Position numbers and translations under genes: made by a program. Source: Takakia lepidozioides (taxonomy: Eukaryota > Plantae > Bryophyta). Taken from it: a DNA stretch of 64,000 nucleotides. The stretch covers positions 65,534,001-65,598,000 of the forward strand of contig CM060732.1 of assembly GCA_030704615.1 (NCBI GenBank). The letters are read 5' to 3'. Shown piece after piece: positions 26,189 through 36,900 of the stretch; position 1 is the first letter of the stretch, and the number at the start of each line of letters is the position of its first letter. Under the pieces are notes generated by a model. That model worked only from the letters and a program-made list of their open reading frames with translations, searched no databases and was not told the DNA's origin.

Positions 26189-27610
26189 TCCTTGTCCCAT
26201 GACCCTTATGGCTCAAAGCACTTGTGACAGCAACGAGCCGAGGCCAATAAGTTCAGTGCCTGAACACTATAACTGGTAGCCAACACCAACGCCAACACAA
26301 ACAACAACATCTTTACCTCATGCCTGCATGAGTTTAGATAATTCGCCACGTGCGACTTCAGTGTGATCTGTCCAAAGTTGGTATTTGGTATGCCCACTGC
26401 TAGAGCCCACTGCCAGAGAGTCCTGATCTAGGAATGTCCCTCTCTTTGAAGAGCGACTGTTTTCAAGAGAATATTTCACAGCTGGACAGGATTAGTCTTC
26501 TGAGACTTGAGAACTTTCCAGTATAATTCCTTCAGGGGACCCTATTGCATGATAATATCATTTGATTCTCCCCTGGATTGACAAAGCCACATGCTGGGCT
26601 ATGTGGATTTGAACCCAGAACTGTTGCAGCACGGTGGCATCCTGGGGATTGCAAACTGTGTAAAAGTTGGCGAAAGGGCAAGAGAGGAGACGAGAAGATA
26701 CAGAAAATGGCAGAATCCTTTAGAGATTTGTTGGGACCCAACGGTTATGAACTGTGACCAGGAACGTCGCCTCCATAGCCGCGGCTTTACAAACTTCCTG
26801 GAGCCTCTAGTGTCCTGGTCCGTGGGCTCAGGTCCGTGGCCTCGAAAGGGCCATTGGGTGCCTTGAGCTTCAGCATTATCGCACATTTCAAGAGAATGTG
26901 TCCGCAACCTGTATATACATGGATCTAAGCTCCAAGGTCATGATCAGTTTGCAGAGATCTCGCAGTTGGGTGCTTCCCATTGCCATGCAGTATCTCAAAT
27001 AGAGGCTTGTTTTGATCTAGGTAGGATAATGGCAGCTCGGATCTGACCCAGTTCAACGGGCATGGCCTTCGAGTCGCATGCGATTCTTTGATCTGCCAAG
27101 GCTCACTCATCAATTAATTGATATGCTTGTTGATGATCATGTATACATACAACTTTTGGTTTGAAGACCAAGCCATTGATGATCACGTAGCCGATTTCAC
27201 CAGTCCTGATCAAGTAATTTTCACTGGTACCTACGTCTGCGTTCAGTTCTAAGTTGCCACATATCCATGCATGTTTTGTGAGGACAACCGCATGATTTTC
27301 TGTATGTACGTCAGTTTCTTGAGCAGTTATCAATTTAGATCTTCTCAAGCACTTGATTATGTGGAAGGTGGTGATTCCAATGAGGACCGCCATGTTCAAG
27401 ATCTTGAGCAGCTCAAATCTTTTCCTCTCTACCGAGATGCTGTCCAGATTGACGGTTGTTATGCGCTCGCAATCTTTCGATTTAATCTAGATGCTATCAA
27501 TGAATGTGTTCACGCCCCAATGAACCTGGGTAGTCCCTTGCCGCACTTGGCACGCCATCTATACGTCCACTGATGCACTCTGCAGCTTCAAAGGTGACTT
27601 TCAAGAACAA

Positions 27611-29480
27611 ATGGAATACATCTACAGTCGACGGGAAAAAATCTTGAATGAGGTGGAATCAACAAGCATCTCGATGCCCACAAATTGGAAGTTAGATCAA
27701 CTGTTAAGCTCCCAGGAAGTTGGAACGCAAAGAGTCAAGCAACACATGACGCCTAGAAACTTTAGGAAGCAACGGCATGCTCTGAGTGAAAGACTACGGC
27801 AAAACATAATAACTGTACACCAGGACGAATTTCGACCAGCATCGGATATTGATACGCTCGTCGAACCCTTCTATGGAGATGAGAATGCACAGCAATCTCG
27901 CAACTGGATCAGAATCATGCAAAACTGGGGCTCGGAAGAGAACCTTTCTCCGGAGGAAAGATGGAATTATGCTTTTCTAGCTCTTTTTGGTGATGCTTTT
28001 AGGTGGTGCAGAAAATTACAGCTGCAGCGTGCCACTTGGAGAGAATTTTACTATCTTTTCACTGAGACGTTCGTTCGTCGTTGGCCAGTATGGCGAGGTA
28101 ACTAACACATTTCTTGCCCTGCAGCCCAAGGTTCTCTGTCAGATTGTCTAGTTGTACAAATGCTTGGAAAAAGATTCAATGAATACCCGACATAACTAGT
28201 GTCCACGTCTATAATTTCAGAGTTATACGCACTTTGATCCCCGTTGTGCATCGTCGTGCAGGCTCACTTCTTTACCCATACTGCTTGCAATTCCACGGGG
28301 TTGCTCGTGGAAATCCTGGGCATGCTGGAGTAGGGGCAATTTTAACCACCCCCAATCAAGAGCATGACTTCAGCCTGATAAGTACATACCTCGGCCCCCA
28401 TTGCATGAGCCATGTGGCCTCATATGAGGCCCTCATTGCAGGCCTTGAAAATGCACTGAAGTATGGTGTCAAGTATGTTGTGGCTTGTGGAGACGATACA
28501 ATGATCATAAATCAAGTAATGGTCAGATCGCACTTTCATTCACGTGCATGCATATTTTCGTTTCGTGCAGTTTCACATGCACATTATATACATGTTACAC
28601 ACGTGCTTCTACACATGCACAAATTTCATGTGCAGGACACTTCCAAGTTTCAGAGCTTGGCATGCCAGGCCTGCACTCGGTTCACCAGTCAGTCATGCAT
28701 GCGCTGAGCCAGTGGCCACGCTTTCTTTGAAAAATGTGTGTCGCGCCGGTAAGGTGCTTAGGAAAAACGAGGGGAAAAACCGTTGGGCACAACCATGCCA
28801 TCACGCTGCACGGTTGCTTTCAGTAGTACCCTGGAGTTAGAATCTTCAATCTTAAGCTGCACGGTTCACTTTCGATAATGTCAGACTGTGTGAGTGGGGT
28901 AGGGGCGAAGTGCGTCCAGGCGTGAAGTACTAGCTTAGAAGGACATTCAATTGGCCATGTCAAGCTCACCAGATTTTTTCAGTTCCGATTGGTTCTGTGC
29001 GCCTCCATTCCGGCAGTGACGTCCTGAGACGCAATTAGTCACATTTCGAGCTGTTCAAGACAAGCTTGATACATTGCTCTAATAATGAATCTTACTTTCA
29101 TATGCGGATTTTGACTAATATGTTACTGCGAACCCCTATTGCAGGTTAAAAGACTGTGGAAGGTTCCATCCGATCCAGAGCTGAAGCATTGCTTGTCACA
29201 AGTGTGGTACCTTGAAGAGCAGTTCACCAGCTTTGAGATTGTAAGTCGCAATGAAAGGAGGTATCACTCTCCGCCAGCAAGGCTTGCCAATAAGGCCATT
29301 GACAACTGTCCCCATCCAAACTGTGGAGAGAAATTTCCGTGGAAAAAGAAAGGATGCGCATCAACAAGATTACAGCCAGAAAGAAGAGTCCACCCAGGTA
29401 CAGATCCCCAATGGACATGGACTCCCATGGCATCAATTGAAGCTTCCATGACACATGCTGTCGCTTCGCTTTATCAATGA
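27611..29480 (+). CDS. Gag-capsid-like / degenerate RNase H1 fusion gene, copy B (358 aa); exons 27611-28097, 28262-28515, 29145-29480
   Basis: Same architecture and intron phases as copy A: EPFYG...LFGDAFRWC...ATWREFYYLFTETF | YCLQFHGVARGNPGHAGVGAIL...VASYEALIAGLENALKYGVKYVVACGDDTMIINQ | VKRLWKV...FTSFEI...RLANKAID. Spliced frame is open (1077 nt). Confidence 0.8.
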
Positions 29481-31331
29481 TCCAGGTCAAGATAACATCT
29501 CGATCTAATATCTGATTACAAATACTTAACCATAGACGCACTGACTACACGTTCAGTATATGGCTGTCCTTCAAGTGGTCGGGTATCTGGTATATCTACA
29601 TTGACAAACAGTATTTGCACACAGGGAGGCATCTCATTAGGTAGGCATCGGTACTGACAATTGATGGGTTCTGAATCGACTTTCAAGGCATTTTGATTGT
29701 CATGAATATATATCTGGTTTGCAAGGTTGAAACTCGGATGAAATGCAATGCGTTGCAAGTTTCACAGCCACTAAGTTCTACCTAGGTTCAGCTCATCAGA
29801 GGGTACGTAAGGCTCTCAGGTCTTGATCAAAGAGGCTTCATGAACAGGTTCTTTCTGCTAGAACTTCAGTTGACTCCGTAAGTCGATCCCAAATGTTCAA
29901 AGGTAGTGATTTACCCAAGAGGATTCATCAGATCTTACAAGTACTGGCAGGTCTCTTCAATTCTCGGTGCCCTTCAAGCACTTTGCAGGTCACATGTTAC
30001 TTCTTGCTCGAAATTGGCCAGTCCTGCATGCGGCAGATCAACGCTTCGTCGTGCTTGGCTTGCAAGGTCAACTAAGTGAATTTCATTTCCGCACATGAAT
30101 CCAGCACCCGCCCTGCACCCGCAACCCATGTTAGCTGCTGGTCTGAATCCATCTCCTTAGGACGAACCCAACCCACAAAGCACTCCTGGCGCAGCTGCCA
30201 CCTACTTCATATTGACATCACTCACGAGCTGCAAAGACCTGCGGGTCACATCGATAAGAGCAACGTCTGATGACAGGGAACATTCAAGGTCTTGTTCCCA
30301 GCGTCGCCACACCGTCACACCGTTGGGCTAATTAGTGTCGGCAGTCTTCTCTCTTTCCGTAGCTTCCTAAAAGCTCACGTGGTAAGTACCGGCATCGTAC
30401 ACACTACACACATGCTTGACCTTATCTACAGCCGCCTCTCCTCCGTTTCTGTCTATTCATTCCAACACACATTGTAAATGGGTAACTAGTGCCGGACAAC
30501 TACTGTGTGGAACTTTCGTGTATGACTCTAGGAATCCCCCTTCCACAAGTAATCCTTGCGGGTGAGGAGACGCCATAGATACCTTCATTTTAGATCGTTT
30601 ATCTCAAAAACAAGAAATAACCCAAATATGGATGGGTGAAGGTTTGAACTTTGGACACCAGATCGTCATAAAAAGAGCCCTTAGTTGCAAGGCCAAGTCA
30701 GACCCTAACACGTTTTGATCTCAAAGTTCAGCCAATCATACAATTGATACCATTCGAAAAAATCCAATCTGGCGGAAAAATAAAATTGTCAAATAAAACA
30801 AAATTGTCCACAAAACATGTATATACACTGTGGGTAGACTAAGTGGATAAAGAGCGTTAAGTTGTTTTGGTTCAAAATTTGTCAGGGCACGTGTATGCAA
30901 AGATTCCTCATACTTCGACTCGTGAGCAGTTGTTGAGTGCATTGCAAGTGACCAGAAAAGTGTGAGGGAGGTACAGGCAACATGAAGCAGCCATCCGAAC
31001 GTTGGGTGATGCCTGTTCGGATATATAAGGGAGGCAGTGATTGCTAGACTGGATATATGCTTGTTATATGTATATTGTATTCTGACAGATTCAAGTTTTG
31101 GGGTGGCGGACTGGACCAGTCCAGTCCTGGTTTACTAAGTTCGAGGAGAAAATCCTTGGGACTTCAGAAATTAGCGCACGCAAGTTTAGTTGCAAATAGG
31201 CTGCGAGTCCAAACTTGATTAGTTAGTTGGACTTGGTGCTGTCCATCGACACCACATCTTTTTGTGTGGCAGAATGTGCCCTTAGTTATGGTGGCAGCTA
31301 AAGTTCCAGCCTTGTAGTAGTGTAACACTTG

Positions 31332-31461
31332 CGCATGAGAGTGTTTCTCAATATGTTTTCAGTTGCCTTTGATTGTTTTTTAATGTGGTTGGGAGTATAC
31401 GCAAACGCATTGAATAGCACTCAAAAAGCAACTGGAAACATATTGAGAAGCCCTCGATGCG
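31332..31461 (+). ncRNA. Candidate pre-miRNA hairpin
   Basis: ~47-bp stem (31345-31391 with 31402-31449) and ~10-nt loop. Four deviations from a perfect inverted repeat are U:G wobbles on the + strand. TATA-like ATATATAA at 31021. Confidence 0.5.
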
Positions 31462-32659
31462 GAATACAGAATATGTAACATTTGAATCCATCAAGGTGTG
31501 GAAGCCTTCGTTTCGGAACCTTGGATGTGGATGAGCTAGAGACCAGTCTGAGGTGAATCGACTATTTCACTCTTTGGCCAGATAATGGGATTTCGGGTAT
31601 TCAATCATCTCGGTCGACAGCACTAGCTGGAGATAAGTATCTAAGATCTAGCTGCTGGATTACACAATATGGGTCATGAATGCGGATTTCCCTGATTCAA
31701 ATGTGGTCTTGAGAGGTCGTATTGTGTTCGATACTCTACTTTGAATATCTCTGTCTCTACCTAGACTGATCCCTCACATTTTCCTGCTTGTCCTTACCTT
31801 TGAAGTGTAAGTACAGATCACCTAGAGAACTCATTTTCTTCCTCATCTTGACAATGCATTTTGAACACATCCATCAGATTAAGAATTCACACTGAATATT
31901 CAACTGGTAATTCGCAGGACGTTTTTATTCACTGCAGGGATGTACGTGATCAGTACTGTACTCCGCAAAAAAATTATTGTATATTTCACCCATATATGTC
32001 ACGTTGAATTTGTTTTCTTGTCAGGCGTGGAAATGTCTTGCGACCTCCATACTGTCTGCCGAGCTCTCTTTCCACATCCAGCCCGTCTGACGCAGGTCTC
32101 TGGCCGCCTGATGACTATAGCCCCTCCACCAGTCCAAGTTCAATTCTAAGATTGTCCCACAACCAAAACTGTATGGAGGGGGCATGGAAACGCTTTAACT
32201 AGTGGAAATTCTCGGTAAGGTTTGTTTTATGGCGGACATTGTTCATGGTCACTAACTACAAGCAAAAGGTCCTTCTTTCCTTCTCTCTAGAGTCTCTTTC
32301 TTTCGTTCTTCCTCGAGGAGCCTGTGTGTCGAAATTTGCAGAAGCTTGAGCTGTGAAGTAGATCTCCAAGGTAGTGGTTTTCCTTTCATGAGTAGAGATC
32401 AGAGAGAGATCAATCACTCTAGTGGAATATGGACAAGTGAGATTTTGGTCTACAGTTGGAAATTCAAGATGGAGAGGATATATATGTTATATGTTAAGAG
32501 CATCCCCACCGGGGCCCGCTATCAGCCACGGAAGCGTGTCAGAGAGAAAAAACACAAAGCCCATGCCCCATGTTATATAGAATCAACCTTGAGTTCTGAA
32601 TTTCGCTTTCCACCCTGTACACATTCCATCAAACCTTTGTACAGATTCCCTCCACGACC

Positions 32660-33190
32660 TTCCACTATGCGCACGGGCATGAATATATACACGATCATTC
32701 TTGGGATTGAGAAATTGGTACAGTGGATCAAGAACCATATGTCACAAAACTTCGAAATGACAGATATTGGAGAATCAGTGGAATACTACATAGGTGTTCA
32801 AATGGTCAAGGCAGAATCTCAAAGACTCTGAAACTGGGCAACACACGTACTTTTCAGATCTCTTGAAGAAGTTTGGCATGGAAGATTACAAACCCGTTAG
32901 CACTCCTATGGACCCTAGAGTGAACCTGGTCAAGGAAGAAGGTTGTAAGTCACTATCTAGAGGAGGAAGAACAAATGAGCAAAGTTCCTTTCAAAGTTCT
33001 TGGAAGCCTCATAAATAAAACCAGATAGATCACCAAGATGGGCTTTGCGCTTGTGGGGATTACAGCTGACCTGCAAGAACCTGTCAGTTTCTTGCGGGAG
33101 AAAAGGATATCAGTTTGTCATTGCTTCTGCAAGTAAAGAGTAAAGTCCTAAGGACTTGGCATGCATGTCGATGCGTGTGAAGTCACATCT
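32660..33190 (+). mobile_element. Ty1/copia reverse-transcriptase relic
   Basis: WIKNHMSQNFEMTDIGE..YYIGVQM / QHTYFSDLLKKFGMEDYKPVSTPMDP (RVT_2 C-terminal pattern). Frameshifted. Confidence 0.8.
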
Positions 33191-33944
33191 GCTAGGAATA
33201 CTATTTCAACACTTGGGATCCAGAGTGCTCTAGTGGAAGCAAAATCTTATATCAGTGTAGATGGTAGAATTAGAGCATCACTTTCTTGCAACAAACTAGA
33301 GGTAAATAGCCAGAAATCATTGTGATCTAGGTTGCCCTTCACTGTTGTTTGGCAATTAGCCAGAGTTTCCTAGTAGCTGAAATATCCAGGCACACTAGAA
33401 AAGTCATTCTGCAACACAATCTGGCTTTCGCGAGCACCATATAATGACTCAACTACTGCACCTGCCATGCACCTCCTGTCAACCATTATCTAGGTCACGA
33501 GGATAAGAAGTCTGAATTAACAGTCAAACCAAGAAGGCCATATCATCATATCCATCCTGCACCTTCCAGACATGAAATGCATGACATCCTTGCTCTTTTG
33601 CAGGTATAAAGACCTGTTCACATCCATAAAGTCATCTGTTTGAATAGATTACATGTATTTACCAACTATTATTTCCAGTCAGCTTTGGGAACGTAATAGA
33701 TTTGAGCCACAGAGCTCCACTCAACCTCATGCAAGGACTCAGATTCCGTCGCAAAAAAAGTTTATCAGGAATTGCCTGCAATCTCTGCTTAACTACCTCT
33801 TGGGTTCTATCACAAGCTGGATCCTAGCCTACTGAATGGCCCTGCTAAATGAAAAATATGTCTGAAAACAGGGCATGTGTTCTTGGGCCCACCCACATCG
33901 GTGACATTACTTCTGGACAGCACCTGGGATGTCAAAAGCAGCTC

Positions 33945-36900
33945 CTATTTGCGGTGGTGGCGACGAGACTTCATGTCAGCCCTCAGACGCTTGTCGTCCT
34001 CCCATTCCCTTTCATACATCCTGCCACTGAAAGTCAAGGAAATCTTGTCTGCATCCTTACCCACCAGAGAAAACGATAGAAAAGGGCACCCTCCCTCCCA
34101 CAGTTAAATCATTAAACTCCACTTCTTGGACAATTCCATGGCTGGAACAGCCTTCAGTGCTAACACTCCACATCAACCTACATTGAACGTTGCCTTGTCA
34201 TCTGACTTGTCATGTCACTCGCTACTTCAATGACATCAACAAAACCACGCCTGCTAGTCTATACACCTTGGGTCATGCACTCAGAATCGAGTTTTGACAT
34301 CTAAGTTATCACACCTTTTGTTGGGACCCCAACATCACTAGGTACATTCAGGCATCAATGGTATATTCCTCCAATGGGTAAAAAATCTGGTGCAACCACT
34401 GCTGTAGCTAAAGGAACTACCTTCATTCGTGCTTCAAGTGACTTCGAGAAATTTTCTGTCTCAAAAGGTGGTTTCTACGGGGCTGGCTTTTGTCCATCCA
34501 GTGGTGTCGTCTGTCAGCTTTAGAGTATTGCTTGATTGGCAACGGATCTTGGATAGAGGATATGGGGTGGAAGTGCCGATCATTATGGCCAATCCTGACA
34601 CAATTCCAGCCATGCACGGGCTTTAAATGACAACCCTAACCCAGTGTTCTTGTGGAAGCTATAGCTACCTCTGGAGTAAGCACAGGATTTGAGGATCTAA
34701 ATGGTGAAACAAACAATTCACAAAGACCAGCTGACAAAGAAGGATACTGCTCATGCTCACGCCGTGCCGGTTTGCTGGTGTCTTTCCCATGAGCACGTCC
34801 GCTGCTGGGACCCTTCGCATCATAGGCAACATCCTCCATGTAAACATTGCGAGCCGTAACTGCCCCCCCCTTCCGGTCACGGTCACGGCCCTCATACGGG
34901 AGAGCCGTGCCTACAAGCATCGGTGGTGGCGCAGGTCCAAAGTTGGGAGCTAAATCACCAGGTGCCAAGTGATCACGTTTCAGACGCCTCCGTTTTGATG
35001 ATGCAGCTGCTGCTTCGGCATCCTCCTTCAGCTGCATTGCCTTCTCCTTCTCCCGCTCCCTCTCCTTGTCCACCTGCAGAGCTTATTCTTGTCTGATTGG
35101 TTGACATTCACTGAAGTAGCAACAGAACTTTTGATTGATAGTCACCGGAGTACCAAACCCCAGTAATAAGACAGCTGGGCCACGGAAGGTGTCTGTCTGT
35201 AGTTCCATTCGCACACCAGAACTGGTCACTAAGGGGCATTTGTGGCTTTTGCAGCGGAGGCTATGCTAATTATTGTCCCAGCTGAGGGTGACGGTGTCGG
35301 AGTACCTCCGATTGCCACAACTGATCCATGCATGGAAAGCTTTCAGGTTTTTGCTGTGCTTGCGGTAGCAGAACGAGAAGACTATTGGTGCCTGCATGGG
35401 TGCAGAAAAGCACCCATTTTGGCCAATCGCCCCCACATCATTCTTCTCCTGGAGTAATGGAGCTTCTCACCTCTTCAATAACCTCTGATTGGTTCACACT
35501 GGACCTATAATAGGCCTGCCTTCCCTTCCCCATTCAGAGAGGTGCATGAATCTCTTCCAAGTGATGCACGCTGTAGACCATATGGCACAAAACTGCACCG
35601 GAGAGAACCAACGGGCTCATGGTGGTGACCTGCCCTGGCCTCCCCAAGGACCTGTGGTCTCGCGTGCACATTGAAATGATTACGTGTATAAACTCAATAT
35701 ATATTTCAGGTATGAAAAACAGGTATCCCCACTACAAGACAATGCTTCTGAGTTGGTCAACAGCAGCCGCGGAGTTACATGACATGACAGTAACCACCAT
35801 TTTCCAGGTTTCACTTGTCAGAATAGGTAGAGCTATCGAACTCAGATTTGTTTGTGTTATTCGGGAAGCCCGTCTGTGGTCAATGCAACCACTGAGCACA
35901 ATAGAGGACTAATGAATTGGTGTCCTAATTTGAAACCAAATGTCAGAGCAAAGTTCTGTAAACCCATGCAAAGTCAATGGCAACAACGTCCACCTACCTT
36001 CATTACCATCACATCTCGATCATCATTGCGTTTTCGATCACGGGCTTCATCGTCTCGCCTCCTCTTCAACTCCTCCATTGCCACCACTGCAACAGCATCA
36101 TCACTTCGCCTCTTCTCAGCCTTATCATCCCGGCGTGGGGAAAGCCTCGGCACACTACGAAGAGTTCTTCCATCCAAAACTTCTTCTTCCCGTAAGCCTC
36201 TGCTGGCTGTTACAATGCGAGGCACCACATTGGGAGGGATAGGGGGTGGTGGTGGCAGGTTCTGCATTGGAAAACGGTCATCTGGGTGTGGTTGCTCCAC
36301 AGGCAAGTCAATGTACCTTGGTCTACTCCGGTCATCCTTGCCGCGGTCATCACGGCTCCGTTCAATAACTCGTTCAAAAACCCGCTCAGCTCCTTTCTCT
36401 GAACCTCGATCCACAGACCTCTCCCTGGCAAACCGTTCAATCGATCTATCTCTGAACCGATCGACGATATATTCATCACCACGATCCCTGTCTGGTCTGT
36501 CAACAACCCGCTCTGCAACCCGGTAGTCTCGCTCAACCCGTTCCACCACTCTCTCTCCCCCCCTGTCCCCTGCCCTATCCCGCCCTCTGTCTATAGACCT
36601 CTCCCGAGGCCTCTCTGACAGACGTTCATCATGGCTCACTCTGTCGCGCTCAGCTGATCGCTGATCAGAGCGTGATAATTCTGTAGCCCGCAGGTCCAAA
36701 ATCCTCTCTCTCTCAGAAGACCGCAGCTCCCCTGCTTCTGCAATCTTCTCTCCACCGCTTTCACCCTTCCTCCGCTTGTTGGTGCGTTCTGTATCATCCA
36801 ACCCAACCAAACGTTTCGATTGCCTCTCTTTACTTGTATCTTCGACAAGTTTGGCAGACATGTTGCTGCCATCATCCCGGTGCAATGGAGAGCTTGATGG

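Noticed and set aside
24693-29480. Interpretation of the Gag and RNase H ORFs as ordinary LTR-retrotransposon debris
   Set aside because: No PR/RT/IN or LTRs. Spliceosomal introns are conserved between two highly diverged copies, and the spliced frames are intact.
30630-30700. B-box-like GTTCAAACC on the minus strand (tRNA/SINE-like)
   Set aside because: No cloverleaf. Too degenerate to call a tRNA.
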